Shown: positions 1-10,082, numbered from the stretch's first letter. The stretch: DNA of 63,383 nt from an uncultured Methanomicrobiales archaeon (GCA_964551875.1 CAZKEV010000006.1:1-63383), one strand, 5' to 3'. Numbers and translations: made by a program. The notes: generated from the sequence alone by a model not told the origin.

Positions 1-1725
1 AAGCAGTCCCTCTCCTGGAAGATCGCCTCACTCTACCACAAGGCCCTGGAGGAATACAGGGGGGCCGACCCTGAACAGTCCCTCACGACCTTCGACCAGG
101 TCCTCGCCCTCGACCCGTCAGACAGGGAGGCCCTGGCAGGGAAGATCGCAGCCTTCAGGGTCCTGGGGCGCCTGGACGAGGCGCAGCGCCTTCTCGAGGC
201 GGGGCTCTCCCTGGTGCCGCCCGGCCCCTCGATCCTGTACCAAGAGGGATGGCTCCGCATGGACCAGGATCGACCGGATCTCGCGAAGGAAGCCTTTGGG
301 CGGGCCGCTCTCGCGGATCCGGCCTGGCCTGACCCTGTCCTCTCGAAGGCTTTTGCCCTGGAGAGGCTCGGGAGAGGGGGGGAAGGGGAGATGCTCCTCC
401 AGGAGCTTGCGGCATCCAGGCGGGGGGTTCCAGGGCTCAGGGCCGAGCTGGGATGGTTCTCCCTGATGCTGCACCACCTGGGGAAGGCAAAGGGCATCTT
501 CCTCCAGCTCGCGAGGGCTGATGGTGATCCCGGGGGTTTCCATGGACTTGCGGCCCTCCTCCTTGCCATAGGACGTACCCGGGAGGCGGCGGTCATCATG
601 AAGAGGCTCTCCGGGGCGATGCCCCGCGATCCCCTCCTCCAGGTCAACCACGGGATGGTCCTTGCGAGGGCGGGCGGGCCCCGGGATCTCGCCGATGCCG
701 CGGTCTCTGCAAAGAGAGCCCTCTCCCTCGATCCAAGGTTCGCCCCGGCCCATACCTGCCTCGGGGTCATTGCCTTCAAACAGGGGAGGCTGGATGCGGC
801 AGAGGCCCATTTCATCGATGCGACCCGGCTCTCGGATCCGGCAGGGCACCGGAACCTGGGCCTCCTCGCCTGCTCCCGGGGCCGCTGGAAGGAGGCGGAA
901 CCCCACCTCATGCGCGCCGTCCGCCTTGACCCCCTCGATGCCCGGGCATGGGCCGGCCTCGGGGCGATTGCTCTCTGGAGCGGGAAGACAGAAGAGGCTG
1001 TCCTCCATCTCAGGCAGGCCGGCACTCTCGATCCCTGGGACACCGGCGCAGCCCGGGGGCTTGTTATCGCCCTTGCCGGGTGTGGTGACACGGGGGAAGC
1101 CGAGGAGGTGATCCGGAGATCTCTCGGGCTCACGCCGGGGACGGGGAGGTGGGTGCTCCTCCTCGACCTGGCCGCGCTCCTCATCTCCATGGGGGGGGCT
1201 GCGGGCAACCCGGTCCTCGATGAGGAGGCGCAGCAGGTGCTCGGGAAGGCCGAAGCCCTCCGCCCTGACGAACCGGCGGTCCTCTTTTACGAGGGGGTGG
1301 TCGAAAGCCGGCTCGGGAACCAGAAGAAGGCCATGGAGCGGTTCGCCTCCTCCATGGTGCGCGAAGAATACCGTACCCCTGCCAATGAGAACATCCGGCG
1401 CCTCAAGAAGCGCATCAGGTCGCGGAAGGGCATCCTGGCAGGGATCTCCTCGGCGAGATACGCCCTTGCCGCATTCTCCCTGCTCCAGCTCGCCGCCCTC
1501 TGGCTGTTCTTCGTGGTGAGGCTGGTCTCCGAGACCACCTTCGTCCTGCTCATCTCGATCTTCTCGCTGCTCTTCGCCCTCGCCACCTTAATTCCTGCCC
1601 GGAATGGAGAGCCCGGGAAGGAGATCCCCCTTGCCCTCACCATCCCCGAGAGGACCTTCGTGCCGTTACCGGAGGGGGATATGGTCTCACCCGCAGTCCG
1701 GCTCAGGACTGCCCTCCGGCCCTGA
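1..1725 (+). CDS. TPR-repeat protein with two C-terminal TM helices (5'-truncated by window)
   Basis: Frame +1 is open from base 1 (KQSLSWKIASLYHKALEEY...FDQVLALDPSDREALAGK) into ORF 214..1725. Many TPR-like motifs (ALSLDPRFAPAHTCLG, AVRLDPLDARAWAGLG); hydrophobic C-terminal segment. Confidence 0.85.
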   Translation, partial: KQSLSWKIASLYHKALEEYRGADPEQSLTTFDQVLALDPSDREALAGKIAAFRVLGRLDEAQRLLEAGLSLVPPGPSILYQEGWLRMDQDRPDLAKEAFGRAALADPAWPDPVLSKAFALERLGRGGEGEMLLQELAASRRGVPGLRAELGWFSLMLHHLGKAKGIFLQLARADGDPGGFHGLAALLLAIGRTREAAVIMKRLSGAMPRDPLLQVNHGMVLARAGGPRDLADAAVSAKRALSLDPRFAPAHTCLGVIAFKQGRLDAAEAHFIDATRLSDPAGHRNLGLLACSRGRWKEAEPHLMRAVRLDPLDARAWAGLGAIALWSGKTEEAVLHLRQAGTLDPWDTGAARGLVIALAGCGDTGEAEEVIRRSLGLTPGTGRWVLLLDLAALLISMGGAAGNPVLDEEAQQVLGKAEALRPDEPAVLFYEGVVESRLGNQKKAMERFASSMVREEYRTPANENIRRLKKRIRSRKGILAGISSARYALAAFSLLQLAALWLFFVVRLVSETTFVLLISIFSLLFALATLIPARNGEPGKEIPLALTIPERTFVPLPEGDMVSPAVRLRTALRP

Positions 1726-1783
1726 TCCGGTACCGCCTCCTCGGCTCTGATCCGGTACCGCCTCCGTCGGCCCTGATCCGTAC
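1717..1783 (+). repeat. 25/26-bp tandem repeat, ~2.6 copies, overlapping the TPR stop codon
   Basis: CGGCCCTGATCCGGTACCGCCTCCT / CGGCTCTGATCCGGTACCGCCTCCGT / CGGCCCTGATCCGTAC. Confidence 0.85.
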
Positions 1784-1788
1784 AAACC

Positions 1789-2496
1789 TCAGGGGCTGAT
1801 GGAAAATGAGATATGGCTCAGCCGGACCTCCCGGGAGATCCGATGTGCTTCACGGACAGGCGCGGGAATCCTCGAGGTGCTGGTCGTGGCAAGGACTGCC
1901 TCGACCGCTGTCTCCAGGTCCATGGCATGGCCGGCCGAGGCATAGACGGGCCGCGACCCCGCCTTCGTCCTCACCGCCATGCCGACTATCTCGCCCCGGT
2001 CCCAGATGGGCGACGTGGTGCCGCGGGCCGGCCCGAACTCCACCGCGTCCCCGGCAAGGATCCGTTTCGCGACCCCGACCGTCGGGATCTTCAGGAGAAA
2101 GCCCACGTGGCTTGCGATCCCTGCCCTTCTTGGGTGGGCCCGCCCATGCCCGTCCACGAGGAGGAGATCCGGCTGCCGGGAGAGGGCTCCGACGGCCGAG
2201 ATGATGGCCGGCCCCTCCCGGAAGGCAAAGAACCCCGGCACATAGGGAAAGGGAACCTCCCTGGACACCCAGCACCGTTCCACCACGTTGAGGTCCGGGA
2301 GGCCGAGGACCGCAACGGCCGCATGGACGGTCCTCCCGTCAGGGGAATACGAGGCATCGGCTCCCGCGATGCACCTCATCCCGTCCATGGATACCGGTGG
2401 TGTGGCCTCCACCTCCCGGGCGACAGCATCCTGGATGGCCCTCGCCTCGTCGAGGCTTGAAGGGATCTTCAGCAGGGTGCGGGAGGAATCGGCCAT
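1789..2496 (-). CDS. nfi: Endonuclease V
   Basis: Motifs IAGADASY, PYVPGFFAFRE, LLVDGHGRAHPRRAGIASH, PTVGVAK, PVYASAGH. Start moved to ATG 2496, just after the hisD stop. Confidence 0.93.
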   Translation of the reverse strand: MADSSRTLLKIPSSLDEARAIQDAVAREVEATPPVSMDGMRCIAGADASYSPDGRTVHAAVAVLGLPDLNVVERCWVSREVPFPYVPGFFAFREGPAIISAVGALSRQPDLLLVDGHGRAHPRRAGIASHVGFLLKIPTVGVAKRILAGDAVEFGPARGTTSPIWDRGEIVGMAVRTKAGSRPVYASAGHAMDLETAVEAVLATTSTSRIPAPVREAHRISREVRLSHISFSISP

Positions 2497-2497
2497 C

Positions 2498-3745
2498 TCA
2501 CCGGCTCTTCTCCCGCCGGACCCGGACCGAGGCCGCGTGGGCCGAGAGGCCCTCGGCCCGGGCGATGGTCTCGACCACGTCGCCGATGGCTTCCAGCCCA
2601 TTTCTGTCGATAATCTCCACTGACGAGGTCTTGCAGAAGTGCCGGACGTCCAGCCCCGAGTACAGCTTCGCGTACCCTGCCGTCGGGAGGACGTGGTTCG
2701 TCCCCACCGCGTAATCCCCGCAGGCTACCGCCGAGTACTTCCCGACAAAGATTGCGCCGGCGTGCCGCACGCGGGAGAGGACAGGGAGGGGATCGGCCAC
2801 CTGGATGGAGAGGTGCTCGGGGGCGATCTCATCGGAGGCGGCTACGGCCTCGTCCATGTCCTTCACGAGGACATACCCGCAGTTCTCGAGCGCCTCCTTG
2901 AGGATCTCGCGGCGCGGCTCCTTCTCCGCAAGCTTCGCTACCTGCTTCCCCACCTTCTCCGCGAGGGCTGCATCAGGGGTGATGAGTACACAGGCGGCGC
3001 GGGGGTCGTGCTCGGCCTGGGCGAGGATGTCATAGGCAAGGATCCGGGGATCGGCGGTCCCGTCCGCGATAATCGCGATCTCGCTCGGGCCCGCGGGAAA
3101 GTCGATCTCCACCTCCTCGCGGAGGAGCACCTTGGCCATGGTGACAAAGACGTTTCCCGGCCCGACGATCTTCTGCACCCGCGGGATCGTCTCCGTCCCG
3201 AGGGCCATGGCCGCGATGGCCTGGGCGCCGCCCGAGCGGTAGATCTCCGTAACCCCCGCGATATCGAGGGCCACGAGGGTCAGGGGGCTGATGGGCGGCG
3301 GGGAGCAGGCGCAGATCTCCCGCACCCCGGCCACGAGGGCCGGGACAGCGCACATCAGGGCCGAGGACGGATACGCTGCGCGTCCGCCGGGCACGTATAT
3401 CCCTACCCGGTCGAGGGCCGTGGTCTTCATCCCCAGGATGATCCCCTCCTCCACCTCCTGGAGCCAGAGATCCCTCGGGCGCTGGAGCTCGTGGAACCGG
3501 GTGATCCGCGCCTCTGCCTCGATGAGGCTCTCCACCACCTCTACGTCGACCTCCCCGTAGGCGGCCTCCCGCTCCTCGTCAGATACCGCGATTTCTTCCA
3601 GCTTGTAGTGCCGGGAGAGGGCACGCAGTGCCGCATCGCCCTCTGCGCGGACCCTCCCGATGATCTCCTGGACCTGCGCCCGCACATCCTCCATGCTCTG
3701 CTGCCGGGATGCGACCCACTCCCCAATATCCAGCGCCTTCCACAT
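2498..3745 (-). CDS. hisD: Histidinol dehydrogenase
   Basis: Motifs [61 protein letters not shown]. Start moved to MWKAL (3745). Confidence 0.97.
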   Translation of the reverse strand: MWKALDIGEWVASRQQSMEDVRAQVQEIIGRVRAEGDAALRALSRHYKLEEIAVSDEEREAAYGEVDVEVVESLIEAEARITRFHELQRPRDLWLQEVEEGIILGMKTTALDRVGIYVPGGRAAYPSSALMCAVPALVAGVREICACSPPPISPLTLVALDIAGVTEIYRSGGAQAIAAMALGTETIPRVQKIVGPGNVFVTMAKVLLREEVEIDFPAGPSEIAIIADGTADPRILAYDILAQAEHDPRAACVLITPDAALAEKVGKQVAKLAEKEPRREILKEALENCGYVLVKDMDEAVAASDEIAPEHLSIQVADPLPVLSRVRHAGAIFVGKYSAVACGDYAVGTNHVLPTAGYAKLYSGLDVRHFCKTSSVEIIDRNGLEAIGDVVETIARAEGLSAHAASVRVRREKSR

Positions 3746-3879
3746 ATGCCTAAAATCGGCTGCGAAACGGTTTAAGATTTCCCGGGCCGGAAAAAAAGAG
3801 AGACCGGGAGACGAGATGCAGGGAGGTTCCAAAGGTGCGATAGGAACCCATTTGCACCCGGGCAAAGAATTGCTACGTG

Positions 3880-4056
3880 CTATATACCCGTCTGGACCGG
3901 GACACCTGTCTCGGCTGCCACCATCTCTCTCAGTATGGGGTGGAGCTCCGGTGACCTGAGCAGGGCTACAAGAGCACCCATGGCATCCCTGTTCCCTTCC
4001 TGCGCAAGTGATCCTAACAGCTCGATCGCCACCTTCTGGTCATTGCTGATCAGCAT
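3880..4056 (-). CDS. Small hypothetical helical protein (58 aa)
   Basis: MLISNDQKVAIELLGSLAQEGNRDAMGALVALL...; own AT-rich upstream region and a T-tract downstream on the minus strand. Confidence 0.55.
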   Translation of the reverse strand: MLISNDQKVAIELLGSLAQEGNRDAMGALVALLRSPELHPILREMVAAETGVPVQTGI

Positions 4057-4206
4057 CTTGCCCGAATTTCGGGCAAGGATATACAGGGTAAGAACCTGCT
4101 TGTCCTGGAAGATGACCAACCTATCACCCCGAGGAAGTTATGTATTATTATTTTATAAAACAAAAAGTTTATTAAATCAATTGAACTGATCAGGGACACC
4201 ACTCTT

Positions 4207-5028
4207 TCATCCGGCGCGGATGATGGTCCCGATCTTCTCGCCGCGGATGGCTCTCCCGATGTTCCCGGGAACATGGCAGTTCACGATACGGATCTCCCGG
4301 ATATTTACTGCATTTTTAAGTAGTTCCACGGTCATCCGCTCGATCACCATGTCCTCCATCTCCATCGCCATCAGCTCTTCCGCGGTGATCTCGGGGATGA
4401 ACTCGGCTCCCGTGTTCTTCCTTGGATCCTCGGTGTAGAGGCCGTCCACGTTCTTGCCGATGATGCAGGACCTGGCCCCCAGGACCTCTGCCATCAGAAA
4501 GGCCCCTGTGTCTGTGCGGTGCGGGGGGATCGACCCCACCCTTGGCGGGTGCTCGTAGAGGCCATAGGGTGGCGTCCCGTGCACCACGGGCAGGATCCCC
4601 AGTTTCAGCATGGATGGGAGATTCAGTAGATCGCCGGTATGGATCCGGACACCGTTGTACTTCGAGAGGAGGATGGAGACCATGATCGCGTTCTGCTCGC
4701 TGATCTTTGACGAGAGCTCGGCGAGGACCCCGGTGGGCATCCCCAGGTCGATGCCGATCTCCATCAGGTGCCGCACCCGGCCGCCTCCCCCGGTTACGAC
4801 CAGGATCTGATGATCCCGCGAGAGTTCCCCGATCTCCTCGAGGAGCGGGATCATCACGCTCTTCCCGTAGTCCACCGCCGCGTGGCCCCCGATCTTCACC
4901 ACATTCAGGTCCGGCAGGAGGCGGAGGGTCTCGGTCCTTGCCGTCTTCTTCATGAGTCCCTTGCGCACGAGCGTCTCTCCTTCGAGCCCGCTCCTGATCC
5001 CGAAACGCTCGCTGTCTTTCCTCGCCAT
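4207..5028 (-). CDS. Molybdenum storage protein beta-like (MosB-like; amino-acid-kinase/UMP kinase fold)
   Basis: LPDLNVVKIGG, LVVTGGGGRVRH, GMPTGVLAEL, PPYG...IPPHRTDTGAFLMAE, DGLYTEDPRK, VPGNIGRAIRGEKIGTII match the Azotobacter MosB sequence as I recall it. Confidence 0.8.
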   Translation of the reverse strand: MARKDSERFGIRSGLEGETLVRKGLMKKTARTETLRLLPDLNVVKIGGHAAVDYGKSVMIPLLEEIGELSRDHQILVVTGGGGRVRHLMEIGIDLGMPTGVLAELSSKISEQNAIMVSILLSKYNGVRIHTGDLLNLPSMLKLGILPVVHGTPPYGLYEHPPRVGSIPPHRTDTGAFLMAEVLGARSCIIGKNVDGLYTEDPRKNTGAEFIPEITAEELMAMEMEDMVIERMTVELLKNAVNIREIRIVNCHVPGNIGRAIRGEKIGTIIRAG

Positions 5029-5104
5029 GGTGGATCAATAAGATGGAATAACTATTAAAAAGAGGCAACTACAAGGGATATACCATATCCCCTGGTGAGG
5101 TACC

Positions 5105-5311
5105 ATGAAGATCTACGTGCGCGAGCGACAGAAGGTAGGCGAGGGGGTCCGGCAGCCGATGTTCCGGATCCTCGCGGTCACGGGTGGCCAGATACAGATC
5201 GAGGGCACCCATTTCCGGAAGTTCGAGATCGAACGGATTGCAAAAGACATCGATGCCGAGGTTGTCTACCTCGAACCGGAGAAAGAAGGGGAGAAGAAGA
5301 AGAGGCGCTGA
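5105..5311 (+). CDS. Small hypothetical protein (68 aa), divergent from the MosB-like gene
   Basis: Clean ORF with upstream GGTGAGG RBS and downstream T-tract terminator; protein-like composition. Confidence 0.7.
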   Translation: MKIYVRERQKVGEGVRQPMFRILAVTGGQIQIEGTHFRKFEIERIAKDIDAEVVYLEPEKEGEKKKRR

Positions 5312-5392
5312 TCAGCCTCGCCGATTCACAATCTTCCTTCTTTTTTAAAACCCCGTGGTTCTTGTTTTTTATTGTTCCTTGAAAAGAGGAAA

Positions 5393-6388
5393 TTAGATCG
5401 GGGAGACACTCCCCGAACAGGTACAGTTGAAGGGGGCCACCGTGCATACATCGGGAGTGAGGGGCGTGAAGAGGCTCTTCCCGTACTTTTCTACCCCGTA
5501 ATCACCGACGAACTGCTTGCCCTCGTCGGAGATGAGCCAGTTGATGAACCGGTCGGCCTGGACGATGTTCACGTTCGAGTTCACTGAACTATTCACGGCG
5601 ATGGCGCTGTACCGGTTCAGGAGGGATACCTTCTGGGTGATGAGGGGGACCAGGTTGAGCTGGCTCTTGAAGGCAAGGAATGTCCCTTCATCGGTCATGG
5701 TATATGCCCCCTTCTGGCCGGCGACGGTCAGGGTCTCCCCCATGCCCTTTCCGAGCGAGAGGTACCAGGCCCCCGAGGTTGCGACATCCTTCGTATAGTT
5801 GAAGCCGGCGCCCTTCCAGATGTTCTGCTCAGCGGTGTGGGTGCCTGACTGGTCACCCCGTGAGGCAAAGAAGACGCCGGGGGTGTTGTTCAGCCCGAGC
5901 ATCCGGATCTTCTTGAAGGCCTCTTCGGGGGTGGTGTTTGTGATGCCTGCCGGATTGCTCGGAGGACCGACTATCATATAATAGTTGTATGCAAAGCAGC
6001 GCCGGTTGAGGCCCAAGCCCTTGTCGATGAATGCCTTCTCCTGCGAGGGTGAGTGGACGAGGAGGAGGTCGCAGTCTCCCCGTGTCGCGACCTGGATGGC
6101 GATACCGGTCCCCTGCGAGGTGATCTTGAGGTTTATATCCGTCTGGTTCTCGTATAAGTCCTGGACCGCATTGAGGAGACCGGTGTCATAGAGGCTCGTC
6201 GTGGTGGCGATGAGGAGGGTATTCGGCGAATGGACCACGGGAGTCGGTGTTGCTGCGACCGTGGTCGTGACTGCGGTTGGAGTGACCGGAGTGGTCCCGG
6301 GCTGGGAGGTGCACCCGGCAATGAGGATCCCCATCAGGATCACGAGGGCGAGCATGCATCCCATGCATGCCTTTCTGGAGGTGTGCAT
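5393..6388 (-). CDS. tupA: Tungstate ABC transporter substrate-binding lipoprotein
   Basis: TupA signature ATTTSLYDTGLL, GTGIAIQ, LLLVHSP, FASRGDQSGTH; lipobox-like LIAGC followed by a Thr/Pro linker. Confidence 0.9.
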   Translation of the reverse strand: MHTSRKACMGCMLALVILMGILIAGCTSQPGTTPVTPTAVTTTVAATPTPVVHSPNTLLIATTTSLYDTGLLNAVQDLYENQTDINLKITSQGTGIAIQVATRGDCDLLLVHSPSQEKAFIDKGLGLNRRCFAYNYYMIVGPPSNPAGITNTTPEEAFKKIRMLGLNNTPGVFFASRGDQSGTHTAEQNIWKGAGFNYTKDVATSGAWYLSLGKGMGETLTVAGQKGAYTMTDEGTFLAFKSQLNLVPLITQKVSLLNRYSAIAVNSSVNSNVNIVQADRFINWLISDEGKQFVGDYGVEKYGKSLFTPLTPDVCTVAPFNCTCSGSVSPI

Positions 6389-6486
6389 GTGGCAGATTAA
6401 GGATAATAGAGTTATTTAATTTTTGTCATTTGTTAGTCGTTACGCCATCATTCGAAACCGAGATATAGGGTGGAGGGGCTTGATCG

Positions 6487-7218
6487 ATGGGTGATGAGAA
6501 AATGGCAAATGAGATTATCGACGGGTTCATCCAGGCGATCCAGCTCATCGTCACCATGGACCCTGAAGTGGTGAAGATCACCATCCTCTCCCTGGAGATC
6601 TCCCTCACCGCCACCCTGTTCTCCGCGTGTATCGCAATTCCCATTGGTGCATTCCTGTACTACCGTGATTTCTTTGGAAAACGGGCAGTGATCAACATCA
6701 TCCAGACGCTCTATGCGCTGCCGACTGTGATCGCCGGTCTGGTCCTCTTTCTCGTCATCTCCCACCAGGGTCCGCTGGGTTTTTTAAGCCTCCTCTATAC
6801 AGCCCCCGGCATGGTTATTGCCCAGATGATCCTTGTCCTTCCCCTTATCACGGGGCTCACCTTCTCGGCCCTGAGCGGGATCGATCCGGAGATGCGGCAG
6901 ACCGTTACATCCTTGGGAGCAACCACTATGCAGTCGGTGAGAACCCTGATCCTCGAGGCGAGGTTCGGGATCCTAGCCGCTGTAATCCTGGGTTTCGGGC
7001 GGGCGATCTCGGAGGTGGGTGCCGCCATGATCATCGGGGGGAATATCCGCGGGTACACCCGGGTCCTGACAACCGCGATCTCCCTCCAGACATCCGTCGG
7101 GGATTTTGCATTCGCCATCGCCCTCGGGGTCATCCTCCTCGGAGTCGCCATCGTGGTCAACATCGGCCTGAACCTCATCCAGTCGGATTCGGCGTGGAAG
7201 AGCGCATTTACATCCTGA
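6487..7218 (+). CDS. tupB: Tungstate ABC transporter permease
   Basis: LYALPTVIAGL, GPLGFLSLLYT, FGRAISEVGAAMIIGGNIRGYTRVLTTAI. Confidence 0.92.
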   Translation: MGDEKMANEIIDGFIQAIQLIVTMDPEVVKITILSLEISLTATLFSACIAIPIGAFLYYRDFFGKRAVINIIQTLYALPTVIAGLVLFLVISHQGPLGFLSLLYTAPGMVIAQMILVLPLITGLTFSALSGIDPEMRQTVTSLGATTMQSVRTLILEARFGILAAVILGFGRAISEVGAAMIIGGNIRGYTRVLTTAISLQTSVGDFAFAIALGVILLGVAIVVNIGLNLIQSDSAWKSAFTS

Positions 7219-7237
7219 GTTCCGGTGAGGTACGAGC

Positions 7238-8311
7238 GTGATCGAGGCAGGGAGTCTCGCGAAATGGTATGGGGAGAAGGAGATCCTCAGGGACATTACC
7301 TTCTCCATTCCCGACGGGGAGATCTTCGGTCTCATCGGCCCGAGCGGCTCCGGGAAGAGTACCCTCCTCCGGCTGCTTGATCTCATCGAGATGCCGACAG
7401 AAGGGACCCTCTCGGTCTTTGGCGAGGACGCCCTCTCCCCGGATGCCCGTTTCCATCTCCGCCGCAGGATGGCGATGCTCTCCCAGAAACCCATCATCTT
7501 CAACCGGACCGTGTACGAGAATATCGCCATCGGCATGAAGTACCGCGGGGAGAGGGAGGCGACCATCGGGAGAAGGGTAAAGGAAGCCCTTCGCGAGATC
7601 GGTCTATCGGATTACTCCAGGCGGTCCGCACGGACGCTTTCGGGGGGAGAAGCCCAGCGGGTCGCGCTTGCCCGTGCCATCGTCACCGATCCCGAGGTCC
7701 TCTTTCTCGATGAACCCACAGCAAACCTGGATCCCCCTTCGGCTGAGAAGATTGAAGAGATCATCATGCACCTGAACCGTGAAACAGGAATGACCATCTT
7801 CGTCAGCACCCATGATATGCTCCAGGGGCAGCGTCTTGCGGGGAGGATGGGAGTCATGATGGAGGGAAGGCTTCCGCAGATCGGAACCACCATGGAGATC
7901 TTCCACAGGCCGGCCACGAAGAACATCGCGCGGTTCGTGCAGGTGGATAATATTTTTCCTGGCACGGTCACGGCGAGCCAGAACGGAGAAGCTTCCATCG
8001 AGGTCTCAGGAATGATCTTCAGGGCGATCTCCCCCGTTCAGCCAGGGAAGGGCGCAAGTATCCTCTTCCGGGCAGAGGATGTAACCATTGGTATTGTCGA
8101 GGGTCCGAAGACCAGCGCGCGGAATGTCTTTCCAGGCAGGATTAAACGCATGATACCCTCGGGACCGTTTGTTCATGTGATCATCGACTGCGGTATCGAC
8201 ATAACGGCACTCGTAACCATCAGATCTGCAGAAGATCTGGCCCTTGTCATCGGGAAAGAGGTCTGGATATCGGTGAAGGCAACCGCGATCCACGTGCTCC
8301 CCGAAAGATAA
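7238..8311 (+). CDS. tupC: Tungstate ABC transporter ATPase with C-terminal TOBE domain
   Basis: Walker A GPSGSGKST, LSGGEAQR, Walker B FLDEPTANLD; TOBE-type SARNVFPGRI. Confidence 0.9.
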   Translation: MIEAGSLAKWYGEKEILRDITFSIPDGEIFGLIGPSGSGKSTLLRLLDLIEMPTEGTLSVFGEDALSPDARFHLRRRMAMLSQKPIIFNRTVYENIAIGMKYRGEREATIGRRVKEALREIGLSDYSRRSARTLSGGEAQRVALARAIVTDPEVLFLDEPTANLDPPSAEKIEEIIMHLNRETGMTIFVSTHDMLQGQRLAGRMGVMMEGRLPQIGTTMEIFHRPATKNIARFVQVDNIFPGTVTASQNGEASIEVSGMIFRAISPVQPGKGASILFRAEDVTIGIVEGPKTSARNVFPGRIKRMIPSGPFVHVIIDCGIDITALVTIRSAEDLALVIGKEVWISVKATAIHVLPER

Positions 8312-8548
8312 ATGAAGGTCAGGATCGGGAAAGGACCCGAACCAGGTATATGAATCCGGCTTATCCTTCCCAAGGAGAAGGAATCGGCATGATCCCGGCC
8401 GTGATCTCATAGGGCAATCGATGCCCTTCGATGGAATACACTTCTTTATCTTCACCGGTATCCAACCTTTTCCATCGGACTGACCGCCGGTGGTACGGTT
8501 AGTGAAATGGACGGTATCCTGGATTACCCCTTAATTGGGGGAGCCTGA

Positions 8549-9322
8549 ATGGAGATCACGGTTCTTGCAAGCGGGTCAAAGGGCAACTGCACCTTCGTCA
8601 TGGGAGAGGATGGCGCCCTCCTCATCGACTGCGGCCTCTCGGCCCGTGAGGCTCTTTCTCGTCTCCGCAATGGCGGGTGCCGTGAGGATACCATCCGGGG
8701 GATCCTGGTCACCCACGAACATGTGGACCATATCCGGGGTGTCCAGGCCCTGGCATGGAAGCTCAAGGTCCCGGTCTATGGCACCGGGGGTACCCTTCTG
8801 GACCTTGCCAGCGCTGAGACCGGCAGACAGCCGATGCGGCTGATGCGCATTGCCCCCGGGTCAGTGGCTGCCGTCGATGGGTTCGCCATAGAGGCCTTTG
8901 CCACCTCCCACGACGCCCGGGAGCCCTGCGGATTCACTGTCAGAAACGGTGACCTCCGGTTCACCTGCTGCACCGATACCGGCCTCATCAGCGACCCTGT
9001 CTTCGGGCGTCTCCGGGCATCTGATGCTATCCTGCTGGAGTTCAACCATTGCCCGGAGATGCTCCGGACCGGCCCCTATCCGGAGGTGCTGAAGCGCCGG
9101 ATAAGATCCCGGCATGGCCACCTTTCCAACGTTTCTGCCGCTGCCTGCCTCCGGGCCCTGGGCTGCGACGTAGGGACCGTGATCCTGGGCCACCTCTCCG
9201 AGATCAACAACACGCCGGAGAAGGCCCTCGCCTCCGCGAAGGAGGGGCTCGGGCTCTATTGCGGCGGGGTGCGGGTGGTAGTGGGGAAGCAGCATACAGT
9301 TTCGGAGACAGTTCGGATCTGA
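8549..9322 (+). CDS. MBL-fold metallohydrolase (YycJ/WalJ-like)
   Basis: LASGSKGN, THEHVDH, TSHDA, TDTG, LEFNH, GHLSN, HLSEINN. Confidence 0.9.
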   Translation: MEITVLASGSKGNCTFVMGEDGALLIDCGLSAREALSRLRNGGCREDTIRGILVTHEHVDHIRGVQALAWKLKVPVYGTGGTLLDLASAETGRQPMRLMRIAPGSVAAVDGFAIEAFATSHDAREPCGFTVRNGDLRFTCCTDTGLISDPVFGRLRASDAILLEFNHCPEMLRTGPYPEVLKRRIRSRHGHLSNVSAAACLRALGCDVGTVILGHLSEINNTPEKALASAKEGLGLYCGGVRVVVGKQHTVSETVRI

Positions 9323-9426
9323 AACGACTGCCAGATCGGTTCTCTTTCAACGCATCCTGCCCGAATCCATGGGGAGGAGCGGAACCGCCGGTTTATCCGG
9401 TTTCTTCCCTTGCCGGAACACACGGT

Positions 9427-9927
9427 TCAGGGCCCCTCACGATGAAACCTCCCGTCAGACCGGGCACTGGAAACAGATTCTTTCGCCTTTTCGAGCCAGC
9501 CGGCCGCCTCGTCCGGGTAAGCGTCAAAGGCTGGCACGTAGGGCTTCACGTCCAGAAGAGGGGTGCCGTCAATGATATCCAGGTCTTCAACCGTAAGTAT
9601 GCCCCCGTGGACCGAGATGAGCCGAACGATGGAGATCCCGATGGGATTCGGGCGCGTGGGCGCCCGGGTGGCAAAGACCCCGCGATCGGTGCTGTCCAGG
9701 TACGGCCTCACGATGAGGGGACCCGGTCGGCTCCGGTGGAAATGGTAGATCAGGGTCACCCTGGAGAACCCCTCCAGATCCCGGAGGCCGTCCCGGTACG
9801 GCGGGAAGATCTCCACCGTCCCCCGGATGCCCCGGGCACCCGGAGGCTGGATGGGCATCCCTGATGGATCATGGAAGGGGGAATGGATGATCCCGATGGG
9901 GGTATAGGTGATTGGGGACGGATCCAT
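9427..9927 (-). CDS. trmO: TsaA/TrmO family tRNA (m6t6A37) methyltransferase
   Basis: PIGIIHSPF, GLRDLEGFSRV, RGVFATRAPTRPNPIGIS, DGTPLLDVKPYVP. Start moved to 9927. Confidence 0.88.
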   Translation of the reverse strand: MDPSPITYTPIGIIHSPFHDPSGMPIQPPGARGIRGTVEIFPPYRDGLRDLEGFSRVTLIYHFHRSRPGPLIVRPYLDSTDRGVFATRAPTRPNPIGISIVRLISVHGGILTVEDLDIIDGTPLLDVKPYVPAFDAYPDEAAGWLEKAKESVSSARSDGRFHREGP

Positions 9928-10082
9928 TACCCGCCCCTCCCCCGGGCCGGTGTTCTCATACTCATCAGGTACCTCCCCCTTGCGTAAGAATTGCGCGGTG
10001 CAGTCTGCCAGGGAAGGGGATGACACCTGATCCATACCAAGGTTCATATCCAAGGAGTGAACATCATCCTGCGGTGAAAACG

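Noticed and set aside
33-1208. Long antisense or alternative-frame ORFs (e.g. 33..1208, 2639..3775, 11753..13195, 16421..18004, 38955..40385, 47208..48752)
   Set aside because: They overlap well-supported genes, have Arg/Pro/Gly-biased compositions and are expected shadows in high-GC DNA.
1717-1783. Possible CRISPR mini-array
   Set aside because: The units are adjacent with no spacers, and there are no cas genes.
4207-5028. Uridylate kinase (pyrH) call
   Set aside because: The N-terminal extension and the PPY...IPPHRTD segment match MosB better, and the Mo/W context supports that.
6389-6486. ModE box in the tupA/tupB spacer
   Set aside because: No TATAT-N7-TATAT-like site found; the TTGTCA repeats here and at 15110-15130 are too short to call.
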